Below, one piece after another: positions 1-9,697 of a DNA stretch of 64,000 nucleotides. Position 1 is the first letter of the stretch. Each line of letters starts with the position of its first letter. Both the position numbers and the translations under genes were made by a program. The stretch lies in the NCBI GenBank assembly GCA_903870365.1, contig CAIQCQ010000038.1:7478-71477 (forward strand), read 5' to 3'. The stretch comes from an uncultured bacterium (GTDB lineage Bacteria; Patescibacteriota; Minisyncoccia; Phycocordibacterales; DATDWN01). The notes under the pieces were generated by a model. The model was given only the letters and a program-made list of their open reading frames with translations, was not told where the DNA came from and made no database searches.

Positions 1-235
1 AAAGAGGGTAGGTGGTCAATAATACCACATCAAGAGCGTCACCATCTTCCCAGAGAGTCTGTGGGACAAAACCATAATCAAATGGAGTGGTCTGAGTGGT
101 AAAATGCACTCGATCAAGAGCGATAAGACCGGTCTTTTTGTCTATTTCGTATTTATTGTGTGAACCTTTGTTAATTTCAACAATAACGTTCATCTCTTCG
201 GCTGTTCCCGGGGCAATGTCTGTAAGTAAGTTCAT
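1..235 (-). CDS. ppa: Inorganic pyrophosphatase, N-terminal part (gene continues beyond window start)
   Basis: Reverse translation from CAT at 233-235 gives MNLLTDIAPGTAEEMNVIVEINKGSHNKYEIDKKTGLIALDRVHFTTQTTPFDYGFVPQTLWEDGDALDVVLL, which matches family I PPase motifs (EIPKGS.NKYE, DYGFIP.T, DGDPLDVLV). Confidence 0.6.
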   Translation of the reverse strand, partial: MNLLTDIAPGTAEEMNVIVEINKGSHNKYEIDKKTGLIALDRVHFTTQTTPFDYGFVPQTLWEDGDALDVVLLTTYPL

Positions 236-357
236 ATATTAGGCAATCGTCATGAGTAATACAGGCAATGGTACAAGAAAATATAAAAATTAACAATGTT
301 TGTATATAAAAAAACTTCCCAGACAGTGTCTAGGAAGTTTTTTATCAAGAAAGTGGA

Positions 358-1611
358 TTACTCAGCTTTTGTTTCTACTACTGGCTGACCAATGTCATCT
401 GTTATTGTCGATTCAATTTTAGTTTCTTTCAAAGTTTTATATCCTTCTTCTGAATCAACCACTGCTTTTACTTCAGGAGTTGGAGCAACGACAACGTCGG
501 GCATACCTTCAGACTGAATATCTATCTTCCACCCAGTCAACTTTGCTGCCAAACGCACGTTTTGACCACCCTTACCAATAGCCAGTGACTGCTGGTCTGG
601 AGATACCTTGACTTTGGCCATCATACCCTGCTGATCTATTTCAATTGAAAGAATGTTTGCAGGAGAGAGAGCTTCTTCAATAAATTTCTTTGGATCTTCT
701 GACCACTCGATAATATCGATCTTTTCACCACCAAGCTCTGACATGACTGTCGCCACACGCACACCACGCTGACCAACCATGGAACCAACAGGGTCAATAT
801 GTGAGTCTGTAGAGGCTACCGCGATCTTTGTACGAGATCCTGGTTCACGAGCAATAGATTTAACAATGACGGCACCTGAGGCAAGCTCAGGGGCTTCAGA
901 CAAGAAAAGTTTTTCCAAGAATTTTGGATGAGATCGAGATAATCGCAAGAATACACCTCGACCAGAGTCTTCAACACGGAAGAGGTATGCGCGAACACGT
1001 TCACCTTGAGCATATCGCTCGCCAGGGATCTGTTCTTCGTATGGGAGAATACCAGTAGCACGACCCATTTCTATATAGATATTGCCACGTTCAATACGCT
1101 GGACAGTACCTGTGACGATCTCGCCATCACGCTTGCCATATTCTGCCATAACAGAATCCTTTTCTGCTTCACGAATTTTCTGCATAATGACCTGCTTTGC
1201 AGTCTGTGCACTGATACGTCCATAGTCGCCCTTGTCTTCAAGAGGGAAGATCATTTCTTCACCCACCTTGGCGCCTTTTTTAATAAATTGTGCGTCTTCT
1301 ACCAAGATATGATGTTCTGGGTTGTAGATTTCTTTTGCTTCGCCATTGTCCTGTAGGGGCATGTCCTCACCATCCTCTGGTAATTCCATGACAATAATTG
1401 AATCATCAGCGACGACTTTTACCTGATACATTTCCACCTTTCCTGAATTAATATCAAATTTAGCACGGATGATTTGTCCGCGTTTACCGTATTCTTTTTT
1501 GTAGGCAGTCGCCAAAGCAAGCTCGATCGCTTCGAGCACTTTTTCCTTGGCAATACCACGCTCTTCTTCGAGCTGGGTTAGAACACTATTGATTACTTTT
1601 AGATCAAACAT
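358..1611 (-). CDS. nusA: Transcription termination/antitermination factor NusA
   Basis: 417 aa with N-terminal domain, S1 and two KH domains (GAVIVKSIAREPGSRTKIAVAS...DPVGSMVGQRGVRV). Confidence 0.9.
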   Translation of the reverse strand: MFDLKVINSVLTQLEEERGIAKEKVLEAIELALATAYKKEYGKRGQIIRAKFDINSGKVEMYQVKVVADDSIIVMELPEDGEDMPLQDNGEAKEIYNPEHHILVEDAQFIKKGAKVGEEMIFPLEDKGDYGRISAQTAKQVIMQKIREAEKDSVMAEYGKRDGEIVTGTVQRIERGNIYIEMGRATGILPYEEQIPGERYAQGERVRAYLFRVEDSGRGVFLRLSRSHPKFLEKLFLSEAPELASGAVIVKSIAREPGSRTKIAVASTDSHIDPVGSMVGQRGVRVATVMSELGGEKIDIIEWSEDPKKFIEEALSPANILSIEIDQQGMMAKVKVSPDQQSLAIGKGGQNVRLAAKLTGWKIDIQSEGMPDVVVAPTPEVKAVVDSEEGYKTLKETKIESTITDDIGQPVVETKAE

Positions 1612-1684
1612 ATTGTTTATTTTATATTTTTAATTTCAAATCTGGATGAGATGTTAGGCGAAAGTGTAAAAAGACGAGGAGCCG

Positions 1685-1720
1685 TACACTGGTACGGTGA
1701 CGAGAATTTTTATGCTTTCA
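1685..1720. repeat. REP-like palindrome, minus orientation CTCGTCACCGTAC-cagt-GTACGGCTCCTCGT
   Basis: Near-identical arms recur at 53786-53822; partial copies sit at about 6470-6500 and 8160-8200. Confidence 0.5.
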
Positions 1721-1903
1721 ACAACACAGATCGCCAGATTTGAAATTAAATTTGGTAAAAAAATGGCCCGCCTGTGAAGGCGAACATAACCCTCATATAT
1801 TACAGCACTATACTTTTTTTGTCAAATCAAAATGTGTCGCACCTTATCCACAGGTGGATATACGAACACATGAATAAGAGTATAGAAATGCTATACTAAA
1901 GGT

Positions 1904-2566
1904 ATGGCAAACTTCAAAGGAAAACATGATGCAATCGTTCTTCGTAAAAAGGGCTATAGTTACAGCCAGATAAAGACAGCTCTTGGAATAAGTAAGGGGA
2001 CTCTGAGTGAGTGGTTACGTCCGTATCCACTTTCCCCAGAAAGAATAAAAGAATTACGGGACAATAGTCCTCAGAGAATAGAACGCTACAGGAATACCAT
2101 GGCTCAAAAACGCCAGGCAAAACTTGACTCCGCCTTTAATAAAGCAAAGGGGGATATTAAAAAACTCTCAAAAAGAGAATTGTTTATCTTTGGTTTTGCG
2201 TTATATTGGGCAGAAGGTGGAAAAACAAGAGCAAGCTCGTTATCACTCGGAAATACAGATCCTGCAATGTTGAAAGTTTTTATACAATGGCTTACATTAC
2301 TTGGAGTTCCCAAAAATAAACTACGTATTAAGCTTCATATGTATAAAGATATGGATCAAAAAAAGACAATTGCTTTTTGGAAACAAATATTGGGAGTAGG
2401 GGATGATCAATTTATCAAACCGTATATTAAAGATTCTCGTCTTACTGACCTGACATACAAAAATGGCTTTGGGCACGGCACATGTAATATCGTGTATGAT
2501 AATACAGAAATGACACGTTACGTCTTGATGGGAATGAAATATATAGTAGAGTATCTAACGACATAA
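1904..2566 (+). CDS. HTH domain protein with single LAGLIDADG-like motif (putative free-standing homing-endonuclease-like protein)
   Basis: N-terminal HTH (YSYSQIKTALGISKGTLSEWL); FGFALYWAEGGKT resembles the LAGLIDADG motif with a conserved acidic residue; lies directly 5' of tRNA-Ile. Confidence 0.4.
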   Translation: MANFKGKHDAIVLRKKGYSYSQIKTALGISKGTLSEWLRPYPLSPERIKELRDNSPQRIERYRNTMAQKRQAKLDSAFNKAKGDIKKLSKRELFIFGFALYWAEGGKTRASSLSLGNTDPAMLKVFIQWLTLLGVPKNKLRIKLHMYKDMDQKKTIAFWKQILGVGDDQFIKPYIKDSRLTDLTYKNGFGHGTCNIVYDNTEMTRYVLMGMKYIVEYLTT

Positions 2567-2570
2567 AAAT

Positions 2571-2643
2571 GCACGCATAGCTCAGTTGGTAGAGCAGATG
2601 TCTTATACACATCAGGTCCTAGGTTCGAACCCTAGTGCGTGCA
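2571..2643 (+). tRNA. tRNA-Ile, anticodon UAU
   Basis: Cloverleaf: acceptor GCACGCA/TGCGTGC, D-arm GCTCAGTTGGTAGAGC, anticodon stem GATGT/ACATC with loop CTTATAC, T-arm CTAGGTTCGAACCCTAG; no CCA encoded. Confidence 0.75.
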
Positions 2644-2644
2644 C

Positions 2645-3244
2645 ATGGCGAAATTTTCTCAAAAACTGGAACGATTGATTGATTTTGTGCAATTTACGCA
2701 CGAATTTCAACAGGTGGTTCGCGTAGCGCGTATCCCATATGGCAATCGCATGGAAAATGATGCGGAACACAGCTACCAGCTAGCTATGGTAGCTTGGTTT
2801 TTAATTGACCAAGATAAACTCAAATTAAACAAAGAACTTTGTTTCATGTACGCACTTGCACATGATTTGGTGGAGGTGTATGCAGGGGATACTTTTGCAT
2901 ACGATAAAAAAGCAGTTTTATCAAAACATACGCGAGAAAAAGAATCACTAAAGAAGATAAAGGAACAGTTCTCTCATTTTAAAAGTCTTATACAGACAAT
3001 AGAAAAATACGAAGAAAAATCTGATGCTGAGAGTACATTCATCTATGCGCTCGATAAAATATTACCTCCACTCCAATGCTACCTTGAAGACGGTGCTATT
3101 TGGAAAGAATACGGAATGTCACTACAAGATGTGATTGAAATGAAAAATAATAAAATCGCCACATCAAAAGATGTTAATACATACTGGGTTGAGCTCCTGG
3201 CAGAAATAACAAAACAAGAAAAGAAACTTTTTAAGAAACGGTAA
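2645..3244 (+). CDS. HD-domain phosphohydrolase (YfbR-like 5'-deoxynucleotidase family)
   Basis: ENDAEHSYQLAMVAW...ALAHDLVEVYAGD HD motif; ORF-track start 2639 is GTG, first ATG at 2645. Confidence 0.75.
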   Translation: MAKFSQKLERLIDFVQFTHEFQQVVRVARIPYGNRMENDAEHSYQLAMVAWFLIDQDKLKLNKELCFMYALAHDLVEVYAGDTFAYDKKAVLSKHTREKESLKKIKEQFSHFKSLIQTIEKYEEKSDAESTFIYALDKILPPLQCYLEDGAIWKEYGMSLQDVIEMKNNKIATSKDVNTYWVELLAEITKQEKKLFKKR

Positions 3245-3268
3245 CTCCCTATTCACAGATCAGTGTGT

Positions 3269-4114
3269 TTACCTCGGAAATTCGTTTACCAACTCGTTTG
3301 AATCATAAAAACTTTTTGCGAGTGATCCAAAACTCCAGACTACTGTACCGAGGGGGATAGCTGCACCGCCAGACTGTGCGCCCATATGTGGGTGAGAATT
3401 AGCAAAGCCAATATTATACAGTGTGGCCACTACATCTGGTTTCTGTGAAATATCAAAGCCAGAAGTGAGCCACTGATGCTCAACTTGGTGAATATACAAA
3501 CCAGCATAGAGATAACTGTAATAGTGATCATCTTGATTGGTCATGCGTGTAAAACGCTCTTGATTGATACTGGTAGATTGGAAATCCAATAAATGTTGGT
3601 ATTGATTACCAAGATAAAATGGTGAGGTGGTGGCTGTGATATTTTTTTCAATATTGACTGCTGTCGCCTCCTTGATACCCATGACACCCCAAGAAAACTG
3701 GGTTTCACTACCCAGGATTTTGAGGGGAGCAAAAAACTTTTCATACGATGCGCGGTCATCGTAATAAAACCGAAGTTGTTCAGCAATCAGATTTTCTACA
3801 ATTAACCGTGCCGGTACACCAGAGGTAGTTGCGGCACGGTTAATCACCACCTGATCTTTGAGGATAGCAGCCTTGAGAGTAAACCACTCGGGAGTATTAT
3901 CCCATGAGTTCTGACTAGAGCTGTCTATAACACTGGCCATCTGACCTGCCACATTGTTTCCTCCATCCAAAAAAGCCTGGCGTTGATTGTCGATCATACC
4001 AGGGGTATTGGTCCAGCCGAGTCGTATGGCAATATAACCAGCAGTCAACACAAAACCAATAAGTGCAAAGAGCAACACGATCGCAATACCAATTATTTTC
4101 AAAATTTTTTTCAT
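3269..4114 (-). CDS. Hypothetical membrane-anchored protein
   Basis: N-terminal TM helix (ILKIIGIAIVLLFALIGFVLTAGYIAI) followed by a soluble domain; no recognised motifs. Confidence 0.45.
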   Translation of the reverse strand: MKKILKIIGIAIVLLFALIGFVLTAGYIAIRLGWTNTPGMIDNQRQAFLDGGNNVAGQMASVIDSSSQNSWDNTPEWFTLKAAILKDQVVINRAATTSGVPARLIVENLIAEQLRFYYDDRASYEKFFAPLKILGSETQFSWGVMGIKEATAVNIEKNITATTSPFYLGNQYQHLLDFQSTSINQERFTRMTNQDDHYYSYLYAGLYIHQVEHQWLTSGFDISQKPDVVATLYNIGFANSHPHMGAQSGGAAIPLGTVVWSFGSLAKSFYDSNELVNEFPR

Positions 4115-4198
4115 GAAATGGTTATACTCAAAGAGTTAGAGAAAAGTATATATACCACATTCTCCGCAATCACCCCTCTTTACGTGACCACAAATATA

Positions 4199-6358
4199 TC
4201 ATTCAAAGTGAATACTGCCTGCAGTTTTTTCAAGTTCAGATTTTAAAAGAGGATATTTTTTCAATTGAAAATCCTCTGCAATAATTTGTTTAGCTTCTTC
4301 GCGAGCAGCCTCAACCATCTTGAGATTTTGCAACGCGTCCATGGCTAAATCAGAAATGCCCCATTGTTTACCGCCGTACAGTTCACCTGCACCACGTTGT
4401 GACAGGTCAAACTCTGCCAACTCAAAACCATTTTTTGCTACACTCAAAGCCTTCAATCGAGCCACTGTTTTTGCCCCAGTACTCTCGGTAAAGACGTAAC
4501 AATATGCTTGGTGGTTACTCCGAATCACTCGTCCTCGAAGTTGATGGAGTTGAGACAAACCAAATCGTTCAGCACCTTCGATAAGGATCATTGTTGCATT
4601 TGGTACATTAACCCCGACCTCCACTACTGATGTAGCCACCAAAATATCTGTCTTGTGATTCGTAAAGTCCAGCATATTTTTTTCTTTCTCTGAAGTAGTC
4701 ATCTTGCTATGGAGGATGCCCACTTTCCAACGTGGAAAAACTTCGGTCTGTAGACGTTTGGCTTCTTCGGTCACTGATTTAGCGATGACAGCCATTTCTT
4801 TGGTTGGGTCGGCTTCATTGATACGTGGACAAATAATATAGAGCTGTCGACCCTCTTGTAACCCTTTTTCAATTTCTGTATATGTTGCCACACGGTCTTT
4901 TGGTAAGACAATTTTAGTAATGATTGGCTTTCGTCCGACTGGCATTTGATCAAGAATAGAAAGATCGAGGTCACCATAGAGTGTCAGTGACAATGTGCGG
5001 GGAATAGGGGTGGCGGTCATCGATAACAAGTGTGGCATATGGACCTGATTTTTCTGTGTCAGTTTTTGTCGTTGTGCTGTTCCAAAGCGATGTTGTTCAT
5101 CAATAATAACAAAGGCTAAATGCTTGAAAATGACTGATTTGGAAATAAGCGCATGAGTACCTACCACAATAGGGATCTCACCATTTGCTACCCATTTAGA
5201 CAGTTGAGCTTTAGAAACACTGGTCCATCCATTTTTATCTGATTTAGATGGGAATTTTTTACAGCCCGACCCAGTGATCAAACCGACTGCGATACCAGTA
5301 CCACGAAAAAACTCTATAAAATTTTCAAATTGTTGTTTGGCCAAGATTTCTGTCGGGGCCATGTAGGCCACCTGGAGGTTACCAAAGTTTTGACCTGTCG
5401 GTCGTGATGTCACCACGGCAAACGTGGTGGCCGCAGCTACCGCTGTCTTGCCAGAACCAACGTCTCCTTCGAGTAAGCGTGACATGGGGTGACCCGAGCG
5501 AAAGTTAATCAGGATAGTTTCAATACTTTTTTGCTGGGCGTCGGTGGCTTTAAATGGAAAGTTTTTAATGAAACCATCAACAGATTTTTTGTCTGCAGTA
5601 ATATCAAAACTTTTTTCCGCTTTCCATTGTGATTTTTCTTGTTGTTTACGTAGCTGAATAAAAAATATTTCCTGAAAGGCAAATCGTTTGCGGGCAGCCA
5701 GGGCATCACTTTCACGTTTTGGCGCGTGAATATATATCAGAGCATCAGACATACCTGGCAAATGATATTTGTCCAAAATCTCTTGGGGGATAGGATCGAC
5801 CAATGTTTCCAACATGCCGCTTTTAAAAATACGTTCGATGTTGTGATAGATCCAATTTGATGTCAGACCACGACTTTCTGGATAGACTGGATACAACGCA
5901 TGCTCTTCACCCTGGTCTCCAAATAGATTTTTACCCACAGCTAGTGGCACCTTGCCAGCAATTTCTATTTTTGGATTAGAAAAATAAATATCTCCTTTGC
6001 GATCAGAGACTTTTCCTTCAATACGCACGGTGGCACCCTCACGGATCATTTTTGCTAAATATGGTTGATTAAACCAGACGATTTTGACTCGACCAGTTTC
6101 ATCAGTGACTGTTGCCTCGGCCATGGGAATTTTTTTCACAAAAGCTTTGCTCATCTTCAAACCAGTAATAGTGCCATACACCACGGCATCTTCGCCAACA
6201 GCAAGAGTGCCAATATTTTTTACTTCACTGGTATTACCGTAGCGCACAGGGAAGTGATACAGCAAATCTTCAACAGTTTTTATGCCAAGTTTATGTAAGG
6301 CTTTTTTCTGTGGCTCAATGGTACGAAAAGCTTGTTCAATAGGAGTGTTGGGATTCAT
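4199..6358 (-). CDS. recG: ATP-dependent DNA helicase RecG
   Basis: 719 aa; wedge domain, Walker A GDVGSGKTAVA, DEQHRFG, helicase C-terminal motifs (QLHQLRGRVIRS). Confidence 0.9.
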   Translation of the reverse strand: MNPNTPIEQAFRTIEPQKKALHKLGIKTVEDLLYHFPVRYGNTSEVKNIGTLAVGEDAVVYGTITGLKMSKAFVKKIPMAEATVTDETGRVKIVWFNQPYLAKMIREGATVRIEGKVSDRKGDIYFSNPKIEIAGKVPLAVGKNLFGDQGEEHALYPVYPESRGLTSNWIYHNIERIFKSGMLETLVDPIPQEILDKYHLPGMSDALIYIHAPKRESDALAARKRFAFQEIFFIQLRKQQEKSQWKAEKSFDITADKKSVDGFIKNFPFKATDAQQKSIETILINFRSGHPMSRLLEGDVGSGKTAVAAATTFAVVTSRPTGQNFGNLQVAYMAPTEILAKQQFENFIEFFRGTGIAVGLITGSGCKKFPSKSDKNGWTSVSKAQLSKWVANGEIPIVVGTHALISKSVIFKHLAFVIIDEQHRFGTAQRQKLTQKNQVHMPHLLSMTATPIPRTLSLTLYGDLDLSILDQMPVGRKPIITKIVLPKDRVATYTEIEKGLQEGRQLYIICPRINEADPTKEMAVIAKSVTEEAKRLQTEVFPRWKVGILHSKMTTSEKEKNMLDFTNHKTDILVATSVVEVGVNVPNATMILIEGAERFGLSQLHQLRGRVIRSNHQAYCYVFTESTGAKTVARLKALSVAKNGFELAEFDLSQRGAGELYGGKQWGISDLAMDALQNLKMVEAAREEAKQIIAEDFQLKKYPLLKSELEKTAGSIHFE

Positions 6359-6597
6359 GTAAATATTGTATGTTTTTAGATTTGAAATATATACTTGACA
6401 AAAAATTATACGAGTATATAATACACCCAGACTAGTTGCCAGGAGAGGCTTACGGAGAGGAATAGAAACTCACGTAAAAATCTTAGTGGCTGTCGTACGA
6501 CATGTGGTCAGCTTCCCCCATTTTTAAAAAGAACACAAAAAACAAAACCAAAAAAAATAATCCCTTTAGGGGTGGGCCGCACTGCAGTGTGGCCCTT

Positions 6598-7452
6598 TTA
6601 ATTTACACAAAATCTATTTTTTACTTTTGAAACCATCCCTTCTATTTCTAAACCATTCAAAATCTCTACAACCAAAGATTGTTCATACTTTGTCAGTTTT
6701 ACAATTTTTTTCTCAGTCTGGGGTTTTTCCAAAATCAATCGCAATATTTCTGCACGTTTCTGACGATTGGAACCTACAAACTTTGACTGTTTTGTATGGT
6801 GCTTACTTTTATGATTTGGGTTTTTGATCTTAGTACTTTTTAAATAAGCTCCATAGTCAAACAATGCCCAATACCATTCTCGTGGGCCTGTCCCGTTAGA
6901 AGTAGGCTTTTTTTGAAAGCCGTTAGTTCTAATGGGATTTTTTGGTAAAGTTTTTTTAATCAGTGGCAAAATTTCTTTATCAGAGACCTTCACTTGATCA
7001 GTAAAATAAAAATGAATAAACACCGCACGAATATTTGTTTCAATCACCACAATAGGAATGTTCCATGCAAAAGCCAAGATATCTCCAGCAGTAGCCGGAC
7101 CAATGCCGGGGAGGGAAATAAGTGCTTTCATATCACGTGGAAATTTTCCATCAAAATCAGCTACAATTTTCTCTGCACATTGTTTCAAATACATCCCTCG
7201 TCGGTTGTAGCCAAGTCCTTGCCATTCCAAGAGCACATCGCGTAAGGATGCTTGGGCCAAAGCCTGCGCGGTCGGAAATTTTTCTAAAAAACTTTTGTAT
7301 TTTACCAACACTCGTGACACTTGCGTCTGCTGCAACATCACTTCTGAGACCAAAATCTTGTACGGGTCACGTGTTTTTCGCCAAGGTAGATCATGTCGAC
7401 CAGATTCTCGGTAATAGCCCCAGATTATTTTTTTAAATTTCTTTTGATTCAC
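6598..7452 (-). CDS. HhH-GPD DNA glycosylase, MutY-like N-terminus, no Fe-S cysteine cluster
   Basis: LPWRKTRDPYKILVSEVMLQQTQVSRV...LPGIGPATAGDILAFAW matches the MutY/EndoIII fold; lysine-rich C-terminus lacks the 4Cys loop; position corresponding to catalytic Asp reads IETNI. Confidence 0.65.
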   Translation of the reverse strand: MNQKKFKKIIWGYYRESGRHDLPWRKTRDPYKILVSEVMLQQTQVSRVLVKYKSFLEKFPTAQALAQASLRDVLLEWQGLGYNRRGMYLKQCAEKIVADFDGKFPRDMKALISLPGIGPATAGDILAFAWNIPIVVIETNIRAVFIHFYFTDQVKVSDKEILPLIKKTLPKNPIRTNGFQKKPTSNGTGPREWYWALFDYGAYLKSTKIKNPNHKSKHHTKQSKFVGSNRQKRAEILRLILEKPQTEKKIVKLTKYEQSLVVEILNGLEIEGMVSKVKNRFCVN

Positions 7453-7521
7453 TCCGCAAGCATAACAAAAACCACCACAGCAACAAAGACGTGGTGGTTT
7501 TTAAAAACTCTATAATTAATA

Positions 7522-8040
7522 TTAACGTGTCAGTGCAATAGTCTGACTCAACTCTGACGCAGTGTTTGCCTCTGGTGCAGAGACGGTGATACGGCCAGTG
7601 GTGGCATCTTTGACCACCTTGTACCCAGTATCATACGTTGATCCATTCAGCGCCCTACCAACAGTTGGATCAATTGGTAACTCTGACATATATGTCGGCA
7701 CCAAACAGCCACGGAGATCAACACCACCACTTGAAGCAATATCCTGAGCAGTAGTAGTAATATCATTAGCAGATGTACAACCAGCAGTGGTAGTAGCTGT
7801 ACCAATAAACAAACCTTGATTGTCGGCCATACGCTGACCAATGGCATTTAAAATAGCTTCGACATTACTCTGACGCTGAGTATTGCGCGCTTGAGCAAAC
7901 TGCCGACTCGGGTTAATAGCCACAATCACAATGGCTGCCAAAATAGCGATAATACCAATAACCACTAAAATCTCGATCAATGTAAAACCTTTTGATCTTT
8001 CCACCTGCTTCTCATTTCTACCAAAGAACAATTTTTTCAT
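7522..8040 (-). CDS. Type IV pilin / pseudopilin with prepilin leader
   Basis: MKKLFFGRNEKQVERSKGFTLIEILVVIGIIAILAAIV, the classic G/FTLIE class III signal; ORF-track N-terminal extension to 8127 is probably spurious. Confidence 0.8.
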   Translation of the reverse strand: MKKLFFGRNEKQVERSKGFTLIEILVVIGIIAILAAIVIVAINPSRQFAQARNTQRQSNVEAILNAIGQRMADNQGLFIGTATTTAGCTSANDITTTAQDIASSGGVDLRGCLVPTYMSELPIDPTVGRALNGSTYDTGYKVVKDATTGRITVSAPEANTASELSQTIALTR

Positions 8041-8259
8041 ATAAATGATAAACATGAATAATACTTTAATCTTACAAAAAAATATTTTTACAGAAAAATT
8101 AAACTGTGGATTACAAGACCTACGCATTCGTTCAATTTCAAACTATTTTTGAAGCAGGATTCGCAAACGTACTGTCGTACGGTGGAGAATCATGCGTAAA
8201 AAATAGAAAGAAATTATACGAACCTGTGGCGAATTGCATATGAGTGCGCAGGTCTTGTA

Positions 8260-8721
8260 TTAATTACTAGATGTCGCAACTGTCCAGGATTGAATAGTAA
8301 TATTTTTTACTCCTGGCATCAGAGCAAACACTGGATTTTTAATAGTTGCAGTGACGACCATATTACTCCACACATCATGTGTATGAGCACTGGCTGTCAC
8401 ATATGCATTTTTTTGGTGATTGACCGTATCCTCGGCACTGTAGACAACCGAAACAATCGTGCACTGATCATCACCAACACTGACCACATCACCACCAGAA
8501 GCAGGTGCATACGTATAATTTTGAGCAATTCTCAACAGAGCCACGTTCCCACACGACTGAGCGAGCAGAGTACTTTGCGCCTGTAACTCATGATCCATCA
8601 AACCAAAGCGCGCCACAAATTGACTGCTACTGGCTGCAATAGACAATCCAATCAAGACAAGAGAAATGACAATAGCTGAAACGAGAGCAATGAATCCTTT
8701 ATTATAATATATTCTATTCAT
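8260..8721 (-). CDS. Pilin-like protein (minor pilin candidate)
   Basis: MNRIYYNKGFIALVSAIVISLVLIGLSIAA has a prepilin-like hydrophobic N-terminus; adjacent to the pilin gene. Confidence 0.45.
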   Translation of the reverse strand: MNRIYYNKGFIALVSAIVISLVLIGLSIAASSSQFVARFGLMDHELQAQSTLLAQSCGNVALLRIAQNYTYAPASGGDVVSVGDDQCTIVSVVYSAEDTVNHQKNAYVTASAHTHDVWSNMVVTATIKNPVFALMPGVKNITIQSWTVATSSN

Positions 8722-8729
8722 ACAAATCA

Positions 8730-8762
8730 TTCCTATTCTATTCGTAATTCTTAATTCTTTCT
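8730..8762. repeat. Heptamer-type repeat, family 3 (ttctattcgtaattcttaattc)
   Basis: Shares the ACGAATTAAGAAT / ATTCTTAATTCGT motif with copies at 14317-14453, 45387-45433, 57221-57293 and 58030-58116. Confidence 0.5.
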
Positions 8763-8802
8763 ATATTATTATTTCTTCAATTCTCTATGTTAGAATAACA
8801 CC

Positions 8803-9618
8803 ATGCCTCATTCAAAAGTTATTGCTACAGGTATCATGTGCTTGGCCGTGCTCGGCAGTATCATGATCTATACTAACAGAAACTATCTTTTCAATGGAAG
8901 AAAAGCTATCATCGGTGCGCCACAAGTCACAGTCGATACCACCGCAGGAACATCCATCAGTAACGACGACTGGAAAAAACTCCTCAACATCTCTGTGGCA
9001 AGTAGTGGCCCTATAGAAATTATTGGTCAACCAGCAACAACCGATGATACAAACAATATCACCGCCCAACTGTCTAAAAACTTTTTTACTCTCTACCTCC
9101 AAGACCAGAAAAATGGCGTGGCCATTGATCAAAACGAAGCAGACAAGATTGCTCAAGAGGCGATAAGTGGGATTAGTGTTCTACCAAATACCAAAACATA
9201 CGGCACAAATGACATACGGATTACCGCTGACACGAGTACTGCCTCAAAAATACAATACGAGACGGCTATGGCCCACACACTGACAAACAGTACACTTCAA
9301 AACAAACAAAATGAAATTGCCATCCTATCTACGGCAACAAAAAGTCAAAACCAAACAGATTTAGATAAACTTGATCCAATCATTGCAGGATACCAAAAAT
9401 TAATCCACGAGACACTACTCGTAACAGTACCTGCAGATAATGTTGGAACACATTTGGTCTATCTTAATGCACTTAGTGCAATACTTTCTGATATTAACGG
9501 TCTCAAACAACTACTCAATGATCCTGTCGCGGGATATGTCGCATTTACTTTGTATCAAAAAGACGTCACCAAACTTGGATTAGTGAGTAAAACAATGAAT
9601 ACATACTTTGGTCGCTAA
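8803..9618 (+). CDS. Hypothetical membrane-anchored extracellular protein
   Basis: N-terminal TM segment then a 240-aa soluble region; no motifs recognised. Confidence 0.4.
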   Translation: MPHSKVIATGIMCLAVLGSIMIYTNRNYLFNGRKAIIGAPQVTVDTTAGTSISNDDWKKLLNISVASSGPIEIIGQPATTDDTNNITAQLSKNFFTLYLQDQKNGVAIDQNEADKIAQEAISGISVLPNTKTYGTNDIRITADTSTASKIQYETAMAHTLTNSTLQNKQNEIAILSTATKSQNQTDLDKLDPIIAGYQKLIHETLLVTVPADNVGTHLVYLNALSAILSDINGLKQLLNDPVAGYVAFTLYQKDVTKLGLVSKTMNTYFGR

Positions 9619-9697
9619 CATATACAAATAGATACACACTGTTTTCAACAGACATACGGGTAGATATTGCCTTTTTGTTATATACTTTAGTCAAAGT

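Noticed and set aside
816-1356. Two ORFs (81 and 116 aa) inside nusA on both strands
   Set aside because: Antisense or alternative-frame artefacts within a high-confidence gene.
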